The notes beneath the pieces were generated by a model. It had not been told where the DNA came from and made no database searches. It saw nothing but the letters and a program-made list of their open reading frames with translations. Position numbers and translations under genes: made by a program. 64,000 nt of DNA from an uncultured Actinomycetes bacterium (lineage in GTDB: Bacteria; Actinomycetota; Acidimicrobiia; Acidimicrobiales; RAAP-2), in the NCBI GenBank assembly GCA_903825305.1, contig CAIKAC010000023.1:20464-84463 (forward strand), read 5' to 3'. Positions 47,373-56,544 of this stretch are shown here, piece after piece; the stretch's first letter is position 1, and the number at the start of each line of letters is the position of its first letter.

Positions 47373-48454
47373 CCCTCTTGAAGTCGTAAGTTTTTCATTC
47401 GTCTCGCCGATACTCGCAAGCTGAGATAGGCAGCGCCCCCAAGGGGGATAGGAAGCCAGAAATTAATCAGGCGCCAGGAGATAACGCCGAGATAGGCGAT
47501 TGATGCGGGCACTCCAAAGCCGACAAGCGCTCCGGACAGGGTGAATTCTATGACGCCAAGGCCGCCCGGGGTAAGAGGAATGGCCGCCAAAATATTTGCG
47601 AGTCCATACGCCACCAAGAGGTTGATGGGCATCACGGATTGACCGAACGCCAACAGGATGAACCACAGACATGCTGCATCGAGCAGCCAGTTCGCGGCCG
47701 CCCATGCCAGTGCTTTTCCGAGCAGCCTCCGGTTCGAGAACAGAATATTGAGTCGATCTGCAACATGCTGAATGAGACTCGCTACTCGATCCTCACTGAG
47801 AAATGGCACCTTTCGGGCAATAGCTCTAATCCAATCATCGGCGTGACGCTGACCCTTGGTTAACAACAACACGGTGCCGCCGAATGCGGCCAGGAGGAGG
47901 ACCCCAAGCAGTGCCGCATAGCCGTACACCCGGTTAATGCCATGGAGCGGAATCGAAATGAGGAGGCAAATCCAGAACATGATGTTCAATACGAGGGCCG
48001 AGCCCACTCCTTGGGTGGCCAGGCCATAGGCAGCCGTTGAGCCCGGCACATCTTGGGCCGTCAACAGCCGGTATCCGAGCGCACCGCCTGCAGCCGTACC
48101 CCCTGGGACGACGTGACTGATGGCGAGGGAACTCATATTGATCCTCAGCATGGTCCACCGACGAGGCGACGTTGGGGAGAACACCGTGCGCGACAACTCG
48201 GCGTAGGCCAAAAGAGCAGCTATTTCGAGGACAATGGCAATAACGAGCAGCCAAATGTTGGCCCTCGTCAGAATGTGGACGTTCTTCCTCGCTGACGCAA
48301 TCTCAGGCAGCAGAAGATATTCAAAGACAAAGAGAAAAATGACAGCGGAGAGGGTGTAGCGGATTTCAGGACGAAGCCATCGCTTTTTGGGAGGCGATGC
48401 TGGGGAGGCCACCTCTTCGGGGTGCTCTGGCGCTGATGCCTGCTCGTCTTCCAC
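47369..48454 (-). CDS. YbhN/UPF0104 (lysylphosphatidylglycerol synthase transmembrane region-like) flippase-like membrane protein
   Basis: Multi-TM protein with an LTPGGLGVIE motif near the C-terminus, typical of the UPF0104 family. The start is uncertain. I list the GTG at 48454 because the longest ORF (ATG 48601) has a junk-like N-terminus and overlaps the divergent gene. Confidence 0.6.
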   Translation of the reverse strand: MEDEQASAPEHPEEVASPASPPKKRWLRPEIRYTLSAVIFLFVFEYLLLPEIASARKNVHILTRANIWLLVIAIVLEIAALLAYAELSRTVFSPTSPRRWTMLRINMSSLAISHVVPGGTAAGGALGYRLLTAQDVPGSTAAYGLATQGVGSALVLNIMFWICLLISIPLHGINRVYGYAALLGVLLLAAFGGTVLLLTKGQRHADDWIRAIARKVPFLSEDRVASLIQHVADRLNILFSNRRLLGKALAWAAANWLLDAACLWFILLAFGQSVMPINLLVAYGLANILAAIPLTPGGLGVIEFTLSGALVGFGVPASIAYLGVISWRLINFWLPIPLGGAAYLSLRVSARRMKNLRLQEG

Positions 48455-48504
48455 TGTTCTATGTTTCCACGGTCTTTGGGCAGATCGGTGCCATGCTGGG
48501 AGGG

Positions 48505-49650
48505 ATGGATGAAAATCAGGCGCCAGAGGATGAATCAACGGCTCGAGGACTATCGCGTCGCGTGAGCGAATCTGCGGCCGCTCGAGGTGTGCCGCTCGCA
48601 ACCATCGCGACCACCGTATTTGTTGTGACGGGTACGGTCCTGGCGATCATTCTGCTCTGGACGCTGCGCACCATTGTGCTGTACGTCATTGTCGCGGTGT
48701 TCTTTGCAGTATTGCTGGCCCCAGCCGTTGGCCTCTTAGAGCGTCGAGGTATGCGACGATCACTTGCCACTACGATCATTTTCCTTATTGGCGTCGCTTG
48801 CGTCGTTGGCCTTGGCGTCCTATTCGGTCAACCTCTGGTCAATGCTGTAACGCGATTTAGCCATCAAGCACCTTCGCTCGTGAGCCAAGCCGAACGCGGC
48901 AAGGGTCCTATTGGACACCTCGTGCGTCGATTTCATCTTCAACATTGGGTCGATAGCCATGCGCCACAATTGTCAAAGTACGCCACGTCGCTCTCTAAGC
49001 CGCTTATCAGCATTGGGGCTGCCGCAATATCGACCATCGTTGCCCTGCTCACCATGGTGGTGTTGAGTTTCTACGTGTTGCTTGAACTTCCCTCCCTGTG
49101 GAAGGCAGTGCTCAACACGATGAGCCAAGCGCGCGCAGCACGAGTTGACGCAATTGCTCACCACGCTTCTCGCGCGGTGAGCGGCTACATGCTGGGCAAC
49201 ATCGTCACCTCGGTCATCGCCGGCATCATTGTGTTTATTACCCTGAGCATTCTTGGTGTGCCCTTTGCTGCGCTCCTTGCCCTGTGGGTGGCCATTATCG
49301 ATCTGCTGCCGTTGGTTGGTGGTTTGCTTGCGGGCGTGCCCACGGTGTTAATCGCCAGTCTGCATTCGTTGACTGCCGGCATTGTCACGTTGATTGTGTT
49401 CTTGGTCTATCAGCAAGTGGAAAATCACGTGCTCAACCCGCTCGTCATGTCCAAGACGGTAAAAATGCGTCCGGCGTTGGTGCTCCTAGCGGTCTTAGTT
49501 GGAGCCGAGCTCGGGGGGAGACTCCATGGTGGATTCGGGACCGTAATTGGAGCGCTCATTGGTATCCCGGCTGGCTCAGCCTTGCAAGTCATCGTTGGGG
49601 ATTTGCGGCTTGATAGCGGACGATCGCCAGAGCGCAACTCGCTGTCCTAG
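48505..49650 (+). CDS. AI-2E family transporter (PerM/UPF0118)
   Basis: Eight-TM layout with WVAIIDLLPLVGG and ENHVLNPLVMSK. The start is uncertain (ATG 48505 or 48493; the longest ORF starts at 48397). Confidence 0.75.
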   Translation: MDENQAPEDESTARGLSRRVSESAAARGVPLATIATTVFVVTGTVLAIILLWTLRTIVLYVIVAVFFAVLLAPAVGLLERRGMRRSLATTIIFLIGVACVVGLGVLFGQPLVNAVTRFSHQAPSLVSQAERGKGPIGHLVRRFHLQHWVDSHAPQLSKYATSLSKPLISIGAAAISTIVALLTMVVLSFYVLLELPSLWKAVLNTMSQARAARVDAIAHHASRAVSGYMLGNIVTSVIAGIIVFITLSILGVPFAALLALWVAIIDLLPLVGGLLAGVPTVLIASLHSLTAGIVTLIVFLVYQQVENHVLNPLVMSKTVKMRPALVLLAVLVGAELGGRLHGGFGTVIGALIGIPAGSALQVIVGDLRLDSGRSPERNSLS

Positions 49651-49660
49651 GCTGTTTGCG

Positions 49661-50419
49661 ATGAAGACGCTAGTGGTACTGCCCACATATAACGAGTCAC
49701 TCAATGTGGTGTCCATGCTTGAGGCGATACGTGGCCATGCCCCCCACGCTTCCGTGCTCGTCGTGGACGACGGCAGTCCCGATGGAACTGCGGACCTAGC
49801 GCAATCGGTAGCGGAACGTCTCGGGGCAATCTCCGTGATGCGTCGAACCGGCAAGGGTGGTCTCGGGAGCGCCTATCGAGATGGATTTGCGTGGGGCATT
49901 GAAGAAGGTTTCGATGCCCTCGTGGAGATAGACGCTGATTTCAGTCATGATCCCGCAGCCTTGCCGTCGCTTCTCGACGCAGCTATGGCCGGTGCAGACG
50001 TGGTGATCGGTTCGCGATACACGGCCGGTGGCTCAATCCCGGCCTGGAAGTGGCACCGACGGCTGCTGAGCAAAGGCGGCAACATGTATGCATCGATGAC
50101 CTTGGGTCTTGGGGTCAAAGATGCGACCGCAGGATTTCGTGTTTACAAAGCAACAGCACTTTCCAAAATGGGTTACCGAAGTGTGCAGGCAGATGGATAC
50201 GGCTTTCAGATTGAAATGACCTACCGAGCTCGGCGAGCAGGACTGACGATCAAGGAAGTCCCGATTTCCTTTGTGGATCGCACACTTGGCGAGTCCAAGA
50301 TGTCAGGAACCATCGTGATTGAGGCCTTGTGGCTTTGCACTAAGTGGGGCATGGAGCGCTGCACGGGTCGAGCCTGGAAACCATCAGCCGACGTGGTTAC
50401 GACCGGATCAGGCGCTTAA
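49661..50419 (+). CDS. ppm1: polyprenol monophosphomannose synthase (GT2, Ppm1/DPM1-like)
   Basis: LVVLPTYNESLN, VVDDGSPDGT, DADFSHDP and GFRVY. The ATG at 49661 follows the upstream stop. Confidence 0.85.
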   Translation: MKTLVVLPTYNESLNVVSMLEAIRGHAPHASVLVVDDGSPDGTADLAQSVAERLGAISVMRRTGKGGLGSAYRDGFAWGIEEGFDALVEIDADFSHDPAALPSLLDAAMAGADVVIGSRYTAGGSIPAWKWHRRLLSKGGNMYASMTLGLGVKDATAGFRVYKATALSKMGYRSVQADGYGFQIEMTYRARRAGLTIKEVPISFVDRTLGESKMSGTIVIEALWLCTKWGMERCTGRAWKPSADVVTTGSGA

Positions 50420-51642
50420 GGCAAGAACGTAGAGGCTTCAGGAGCCGCCGCATCAAGGATGGATCTGAGTTTCATTTCGGTCTCAGCGACTTCTGCTTGG
50501 GGGTCGGAATCCGCCACGATGCCCGCACCGGCAATAGCCGTAAGCGAATCGCCTTGTAGAAATACGCCACGAATGGCGAGCACGAAGGCGCCGTTGCCTG
50601 AGCGATCCATCCAACCCATCGCACCAGCGAAAAAACCTCGATCCACAGGTTCGAGTTCAGCGATGAGCGAGCGAGCGGTATCGATAGGCCTTCCTGACAC
50701 CGCTGGCGTTGGACAGATCGCGGCGAGCAGATCTAGCGCCGAGGTCGAGGAATCCTGCAAGGTGCCCGTAATTCTTGTGGCCAAGTGGATGACGCTTCGC
50801 AGTGCCATTACCTCAGGGTAGGAGGGGTACTCCAGGGTTTCGGCGAATGGATCAAGGCGCTCCACGATCTCTTCAACCACAATCCGATGCTCAGCATTGT
50901 CTTTGTTGGATTCAATCAATTCTTCAACGAGAGCTCGTGCCGATGCGGTGCCGGCTAGTGGCTGGGAACTGAAGTGAGATCCCGAGCGACGAATAAGTAA
51001 TTCTGGTGAGGCGCCGATAAAGCGAACTCCGTCGAGTGTTTGCGCATAACGAGTGCAAAAAGGCTCCCGGTCGGCCATGGTTCTCAAGATCAAAGCTGGG
51101 TCAGCGCTGTGAGTCAATTGAACCGTCATGGATCTCGCCAGCACGACTTTGTCGAAGCCTGTATCGAATCGAGATTTGGCAATGGTTACTGCTTGGGCGT
51201 ATTCCTGCGGCGAGGGATGTTGGAGCACGGTGAGAACATCCGGGTCGCCAGTGACCGCAGATACCGCTTCGAGATCACGAAGAAAGGCATCAAACAGCGA
51301 GCGACCCTCGTCTTCATCGGCTGCAACAACCAGGACTGATGCGACCCCACGAGTGATGGTGACTTGTATTTGAGGAATCCGTGCCGTCGCTGCTTGGTTG
51401 ATGTCAAAGGGGACAGCTAGGTGGGCTCGTACGCTGCGCACCTGTGAGTCAATGGAGGCCAATCGCTGCTCAATCAGCATTCGGAACGAGGCATCTGCAA
51501 TGGATCCAACAAGGGGTTCGAAGGCATCACCAAAGCCGTAGATCTGCGTGCCATGTTCCGCGTGCACGACGCCAAGCCGACTGGCGTGAATGACCAGAGC
51601 TTCGACCAAGTCCTCTTCCACGACTCCAAGAACGGTGATCAC
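50416..51642 (-). CDS. menF: isochorismate synthase (chorismate-binding enzyme, MenF-like)
   Basis: Chorismate-utilising C-terminal block (HPTPAVSG-like [42 protein letters not shown]), no amidotransferase partner, and located next to menG. Confidence 0.8.
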   Translation of the reverse strand: MITVLGVVEEDLVEALVIHASRLGVVHAEHGTQIYGFGDAFEPLVGSIADASFRMLIEQRLASIDSQVRSVRAHLAVPFDINQAATARIPQIQVTITRGVASVLVVAADEDEGRSLFDAFLRDLEAVSAVTGDPDVLTVLQHPSPQEYAQAVTIAKSRFDTGFDKVVLARSMTVQLTHSADPALILRTMADREPFCTRYAQTLDGVRFIGASPELLIRRSGSHFSSQPLAGTASARALVEELIESNKDNAEHRIVVEEIVERLDPFAETLEYPSYPEVMALRSVIHLATRITGTLQDSSTSALDLLAAICPTPAVSGRPIDTARSLIAELEPVDRGFFAGAMGWMDRSGNGAFVLAIRGVFLQGDSLTAIAGAGIVADSDPQAEVAETEMKLRSILDAAAPEASTFLP

Positions 51643-51645
51643 TGC

Positions 51646-52353
51646 TCAGATTTCTTTGGTCGCGGTATAGAGCTGACTCAGTCCTCCCGAAAGCACGTGA
51701 TGATTAACACCCGAGAAGTGATGAGTGTTGAGCATGGCTCGAAACGACGCTGGCTCCGGTAGGTACACCGTCGAGTCTGGCAGGTACTGATAAGCAGCAG
51801 CATCGCTGAGTAAACCGCCAATGATGGGCACGCAGCGCCTGAACCAAAGGTCATAACCGGTGCGCATCAGTTTCGAAGTCGGTTCTGCAACATCGAGGAG
51901 GGCAATACGGCCACCGGGGCGAACTATGCGACCCATCTCGGCAACGCAGGCCTCGAGATCCGTAAAATTCCTCAGCGCATAGCCGCAGACCAGGCCATCG
52001 AAGGAGCCACGCTCGAATGGCAGGCGAGAGGCATCACTCTGTACGGTGGCGGCCATGTCATGACCAGCGTCAAGCATTCCGAAACTCAAATCAGCACTGA
52101 CAACGTCGAATCCGCGGTCAATCAGAGATCTCGTCAGATCTCCGGTTCCACTCGCGAGATCCAAAACCCGATTTCCTTTTGCGAGGCCAAGTGAATCCAA
52201 GCAACGCTTGCGCCATTGTGCATCAAGTCCAAAGGTCATGAGCCGATTTACCAACTCATAGCGTGGCGCAATTGCGTCGAACATGGTTCGAACGGCCTCG
52301 GTCTTGTGCTCAGCATCAGGAAGCGAAGTGGGGGAGCGGCGCAAAAAGTTCAC
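51646..52353 (-). CDS. menG: demethylmenaquinone methyltransferase (UbiE/MenG family)
   Basis: VRTMFDAIAPRYELVNRLMTFGLDAQWRK and VLDLASGTGD (SAM motif I). Confidence 0.85.
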   Translation of the reverse strand: MNFLRRSPTSLPDAEHKTEAVRTMFDAIAPRYELVNRLMTFGLDAQWRKRCLDSLGLAKGNRVLDLASGTGDLTRSLIDRGFDVVSADLSFGMLDAGHDMAATVQSDASRLPFERGSFDGLVCGYALRNFTDLEACVAEMGRIVRPGGRIALLDVAEPTSKLMRTGYDLWFRRCVPIIGGLLSDAAAYQYLPDSTVYLPEPASFRAMLNTHHFSGVNHHVLSGGLSQLYTATKEI

Positions 52354-52360
52354 GGCACGC

Positions 52361-52717
52361 CTACCGGAAATATGAACGCTGATATGTCCTGCTCGTTACA
52401 TTGAACAGAAGCGCGATGAGGAAGATGCTGAAGACCAAATTGATCATGGAACCAAAGCCAAAGCCGTAGGTGGCAAAGATTAGGAGTTGAAGCAAAAAGT
52501 TAATGATGGCTACAGCACAGGCCAATCGGTAACCCCATTTTCGCTGATTCGCCATACCGACGGCCCCTAGTGCTCCCACGAGCAAGATCAGGTCAAAAGC
52601 ATTGCCGATGCCGGTAATGATGCCAAAGATGGCAAATCCGGCGTTGAGGTAGGAGAAGAGAATTGCCCCCTGCAGGGTCTCGGGGAGACGAGGATTGAAC
52701 CAGACCTTGTTTGCCAC
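52361..52717 (-). CDS. hypothetical small membrane protein (118 aa, four predicted TM segments)
   Basis: A hydrophobic ORF that fills the space exactly, 7 nt upstream of menG. No family recognised. Confidence 0.55.
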   Translation of the reverse strand: MANKVWFNPRLPETLQGAILFSYLNAGFAIFGIITGIGNAFDLILLVGALGAVGMANQRKWGYRLACAVAIINFLLQLLIFATYGFGFGSMINLVFSIFLIALLFNVTSRTYQRSYFR

Positions 52718-52765
52718 CTCTCCACTCTAGGCTTCTCGTTCGCATTTGAGGTTGCTCCGGTAGAA

Positions 52766-53482
52766 TTGGCTTCCATGGAGGTATACGCGCACGAAGAGGA
52801 ACACCGAGATATCACCGGTGGGCAGTATCGAGCAGCAGTATTTGGTATTTCTGATGGTCTTGTTACCAACGTCTCTTTAATTTTGGGATTCGCTGGAGCG
52901 CACCCTGCGAGTTCAGTCGTTCGCCTCGCGGGCGTTGCGGGATTGCTCGCCGGCGCTTTCTCAATGGCCTCTGGTGAATATCTCTCCATGAAGGCCCAGC
53001 AGGAGCTCTTCGAGCGTGAGTTAACGATTGAGCGCAATGCCATTGCTTCAGCCCCCGACCTTGAGCGCGAGGAATTGGCGGAAATTTACGTGTCTCAAGG
53101 CGTGGAGCCCGAATTGGCGGAACGTCTCGCAGCGTCGATGATGCGCACCCCAGAATTGGCACTCGCAACGCACGCCAAAGAGGAACTCGGGGTGTCGCCT
53201 GAATCGACGGGTTCACCCTTGTTGGCGGCCGTGACGTCGTTCATTACCTTTGCCCTTGGAGCATTTATTCCTTTGGCCCCGTGGCTCTTTATGAGCGCCC
53301 CCGGAGCCATTTGGTTGTCGATCGCTCTCTCGGGAATCGCGGCCTTGTCCGTTGGGGGTGTACTTGGACGCTTCACGGGACGCTCAATTGCTTGGAGTGC
53401 GCTTAGACAATTGCTGGTGGCGGCTCTGGCAGCAGGAGTGACCTTTGGAGTTGGTCACCTCATAGGCGTATCGACGTCTTAG
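52766..53482 (+). CDS. VIT1/CCC1 family iron/manganese transporter
   Basis: RAAVFGISDGLVTNVSLILG, SMASGEYLS, a cytoplasmic acidic helix region and C-terminal TM segments. The start is TTG 52766 or ATG 52775. Confidence 0.8.
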   Translation: MASMEVYAHEEEHRDITGGQYRAAVFGISDGLVTNVSLILGFAGAHPASSVVRLAGVAGLLAGAFSMASGEYLSMKAQQELFERELTIERNAIASAPDLEREELAEIYVSQGVEPELAERLAASMMRTPELALATHAKEELGVSPESTGSPLLAAVTSFITFALGAFIPLAPWLFMSAPGAIWLSIALSGIAALSVGGVLGRFTGRSIAWSALRQLLVAALAAGVTFGVGHLIGVSTS

Positions 53483-54333
53483 GGTTCGCGCGAAATCCGA
53501 ACATCGCGGGACACTTCGCTGAAACCCAATCCCTCGTAGAGCGATAGAGCTGCTTCATTGTCGTTTTCCACATAGAGCGTTGCTCGCGACGCACCTCTTC
53601 GGTGCATAGCGTTGAGGCCACTCAACACGAGATAGCGACCTAGACCTTGACCACCGAATCCGGGATCGACTGCGATCACATAGATCTCGCCGCGATCCGG
53701 ATGCTCTGGCTCCATCTTGACCCAGCAAAACCCAATCATGTCCTGATCGTTCATCAATACCAAGAACAGGCGTGGGTCAAACCAGGATGAGGCCAGTCGA
53801 GCGTCAAGATCAGCACGGGTCCACCCACCCTGATCCGGGTGACCGGCAAAGGCTCGCGCATTGATCTCAAGCCAGGAATCCTCGTCCCGACCGACGATGA
53901 AGGTGCGCAGTAAGTAGTTCGTGGAGCCAGGTTCAAGGCTGGGTAGATCGATGCTCATCAGGCGCAACGCTCGATCAATGGTGTAACCGGGGGGCGTGAT
54001 GATCGGTGTCGCTTGTCCGTGGAGCCACATCGAGATTCGACCAGCGTTGAGGTGCTCTGCCTCCAAGAGGTCATCGAATTCTGGTGTCCAGTGATCACCC
54101 ATGAGTTGAAGTTCAATGCCACCGAGTACGGAATGCGCCTGCGCATAGGCCGCAATACTGCCGTCATCGGTAGTCACGAGCAGATGCCAGATGCCTGGTT
54201 TGCCGTGACTCAAGGCAATGCGGGCCTGTTCGGGGAGCGCTTCACGGTGCTCAGCATTCGTTAAAGCATCAACCTGACTCAAGACGGCCTGGGTCAACGC
54301 TTCATTGAGCGACGATGTGATCATGGACGGCAC
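53479..54333 (-). CDS. mshD: mycothiol synthase (tandem GNAT acetyltransferase)
   Basis: Aligns with M. tuberculosis MshD: NARAFAGHPDQGGWT, SWFDP, GEIYVIAVDPGFGGQGLG and LYVENDNEAALSLYEGLGF. The start is GTG 54333 or ATG 54324. Confidence 0.85.
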   Translation of the reverse strand: MPSMITSSLNEALTQAVLSQVDALTNAEHREALPEQARIALSHGKPGIWHLLVTTDDGSIAAYAQAHSVLGGIELQLMGDHWTPEFDDLLEAEHLNAGRISMWLHGQATPIITPPGYTIDRALRLMSIDLPSLEPGSTNYLLRTFIVGRDEDSWLEINARAFAGHPDQGGWTRADLDARLASSWFDPRLFLVLMNDQDMIGFCWVKMEPEHPDRGEIYVIAVDPGFGGQGLGRYLVLSGLNAMHRRGASRATLYVENDNEAALSLYEGLGFSEVSRDVRISREP

Positions 54334-54364
54334 ACTCAGAGGCTAGCGAGGCTCGGTAGTCTTC

Positions 54365-55030
54365 TTGACTATGGCCAAGCCGCGAAGTCCCAAGGGTCGT
54401 GCTCAAGAAGTTGATCGACGATTGGAACACCTTTTTCCGGGCAGTGCTTCTGAATTGTGCGAACTGAATCACGACACGCCATTTCAGTTGTTGGCCGCAA
54501 CGATCTTGTCGGCTCAATGCACTGACATTCGTGTCAATGCAGTGACTCCAGCCCTCTTTGCCGCCTTTCCAAATGCAAACGCATTAGCGAGTGCAGATCC
54601 TTTGGTGGTGGAAGAACTGATACACACCACTGGTTTCTTCCGGGCGAAAGCCAAGAGCCTGATTGGAATGGCTCAAGCGGTTGAGGAACGATTTTTTGGA
54701 GAAGTGCCCGAGCAGCTCGCCGACCTCGTCACCTTGCCTGGCGTCGGAAGAAAGACTGCCAATGTCGTTCGATCAGTCGCCTTCGATGCACCGGGCTTGC
54801 CGGTCGATACCCATGTCATTCGACTTTCGGGTCGTCTTGGGTTGAGCGAAGAACGTGACCCCGTCAAGCTGGAATTGATACTTAACTCATTCATTGCACC
54901 TAAGAGGCGGGGAACGTTCTCCCTCCGGATGATCTTGCATGGCCGGCGCACCTGTAAGGCAAGATCACCTGAGTGCCTGCGGTGTGAACTCGCTGATTTC
55001 TGTCCCTCTACGAGCGCTGGGCGGTCTTGA
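54365..55030 (+). CDS. nth: endonuclease III
   Basis: LLAATILSAQCTD, HhH-GPD LPGVGRKTANVV, catalytic VDTH, and the FeS cluster CX6CX2CX5C (CKARSPECLRCELADFC). The start is TTG 54365 or ATG 54371. Confidence 0.9.
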   Translation: MTMAKPRSPKGRAQEVDRRLEHLFPGSASELCELNHDTPFQLLAATILSAQCTDIRVNAVTPALFAAFPNANALASADPLVVEELIHTTGFFRAKAKSLIGMAQAVEERFFGEVPEQLADLVTLPGVGRKTANVVRSVAFDAPGLPVDTHVIRLSGRLGLSEERDPVKLELILNSFIAPKRRGTFSLRMILHGRRTCKARSPECLRCELADFCPSTSAGRS

Positions 55031-55196
55031 GCGCACGGCGAAGCCGCCGAAGCGATCCCGTGAGTGAGCGCTCGAGCTGGACGAGCTCGCCGTCGACTCC
55101 TTCTTCGCTTTCACTCGACTCCACAAGTCTGGTCACTCGAGCCGTGATCTCTTCCAAGGTGGCTAGGAGCGAGGAAAGTTCAGATGAGGTGTCCAT
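55008..55196 (-). CDS. hypothetical small acidic, predicted helical protein (62 aa)
   Basis: It is the only plausible ORF in the 236-nt gap between nth and hisD, and its composition is more protein-like than the Ser/Arg-rich ORF on the opposite strand. It overlaps the nth 3' end by 23 nt. No clear Shine-Dalgarno sequence. Confidence 0.35.
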   Translation of the reverse strand: MDTSSELSSLLATLEEITARVTRLVESSESEEGVDGELVQLERSLTGSLRRLRRALKTAQRS

Positions 55197-55266
55197 ATAT
55201 CCATTCTGCCTTGGGCGACGTAGCCAACGAGAATAGGCACCGAGCAGGGCAAACTACGATGTATCC

Positions 55267-56544
55267 ATGCTGAAGCGTTTGGACTTGCGGGGTCATGGAT
55301 GTGATGTCGAACACCTGCTGCCTGCTCCTCAGGATCCAGGCTCCAATGTTGCGGAGGCGGTCAGCGAGATAATCGCTGACGTTAGGGTGCGGGGAGATCA
55401 AGCCCTGCTCGACTTGACGAAGCGCTTTGATCGAGTGGACCTTGTAATTATTCGCGTAGCTGACGCTGACATTGCAGCGGCCGTGGCCCGCGTTGATCCA
55501 ACCATCCTCGCGGCGCTTGAGGTTGCGTACGCCAATATTTACGCTTACCACGCCGACGAGGCGGCTTCGCCGTCGCCGCATGTCACTGATGGAGTCGTCG
55601 TGACCCATCGTGATGTTCCCGTAGAGCGCGCTGGTTGCTATGCGCCGGGCGGTCTTGCTCGCTATCCGTCATCGGTCTTGATGTGTGCGGCGCCAGCACA
55701 TGTGGCTGGGGTGCAAGAAGTCATTTTGTGCGTACCACCTACGCCTTCAGGGGCCATTGATGATGTGACGCTCGCTGCCGCCCATGTGGCGGGCATTGAT
55801 GAGGTCTACGCCATTGGAGGAGCCCAAGCCATCGCAGCGATGGCCCTCGGGACGCAAAGCATTCGTGCCGTTGATGTCATTGTAGGTCCCGGCAACTCCT
55901 ACGTCGCTGAAGCAAAGCGTCAACTCAACGGCATTGTTGGAGTGGCATCGTCATTTGCTGGCCCTTCGGAGATTGCTGTGATCGCCGATCACACGACTCC
56001 ACCCACCTATGCCGCCATTGACCTTATGGTCCAAGCAGAACATGGCCCCGACGGCATGGCATGGTTGATTACGAGCGACGAAGATGTCGCGGTAGCGGTG
56101 GAAGAAGAACTTGCGAAGATGGTTGCGGCTTCGCCACGCAAAGCCTTGCTCGAATCGACACTGACTAGCCAAGGCGTGAGTTGCCTAGTGGACAGTAGGG
56201 AAGCGGCCATGGCGGTTTCGAATTTGGTGGCGCCAGAGCATCTTGAACTGCTCGTTGAGCACTACGATGACCTGCTGGTGAATCTGAGGGCAGCCGGCGC
56301 AGTTTTTTGTGGACTCGATGCTCCTGCAAGCCTTGGCGACTATGCCGCGGGGCCGAACCACATTCTCCCTACGAACCGATCAGCTCGCTTTTCAAGCGCT
56401 TTGCGAGCCGACGACTTTCGTCGGCACATTCACGTAGTTGAAGTCTCAAGATCGGGATTCGAACGACTCGCCCCTACCGTGATGACGCTGGCGCAAGCAG
56501 AGGGACTCATAGCCCATGTCGACTCGGTGAGATTGCGATCATGA
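55267..56544 (+). CDS. hisD: histidinol dehydrogenase
   Basis: Typical HisD blocks (VSEIIADVRVRGDQALLDLTKRFD, GGAQAIAAMA, GPGNSYV, QAEHGPD, APEHLEL, GDYAAGPNHILPT). Confidence 0.95.
   Translation: MLKRLDLRGHGCDVEHLLPAPQDPGSNVAEAVSEIIADVRVRGDQALLDLTKRFDRVDLVIIRVADADIAAAVARVDPTILAALEVAYANIYAYHADEAASPSPHVTDGVVVTHRDVPVERAGCYAPGGLARYPSSVLMCAAPAHVAGVQEVILCVPPTPSGAIDDVTLAAAHVAGIDEVYAIGGAQAIAAMALGTQSIRAVDVIVGPGNSYVAEAKRQLNGIVGVASSFAGPSEIAVIADHTTPPTYAAIDLMVQAEHGPDGMAWLITSDEDVAVAVEEELAKMVAASPRKALLESTLTSQGVSCLVDSREAAMAVSNLVAPEHLELLVEHYDDLLVNLRAAGAVFCGLDAPASLGDYAAGPNHILPTNRSARFSSALRADDFRRHIHVVEVSRSGFERLAPTVMTLAQAEGLIAHVDSVRLRS

Noticed and set aside
48397-48601. An apparent 205-nt overlap of the divergent ybhN-like and AI-2E transporter ORFs.
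   Set aside because: Both overlapping N-termini are Arg/Pro/His-rich and look non-coding. Internal starts (GTG 48454, ATG 48493/48505) remove the overlap. The exact starts remain uncertain.
52718-52765. A possible yybP-ykoY manganese riboswitch upstream of the VIT1-family transporter.
   Set aside because: The divergent intergenic region is only 48 nt, which is too short for that riboswitch.
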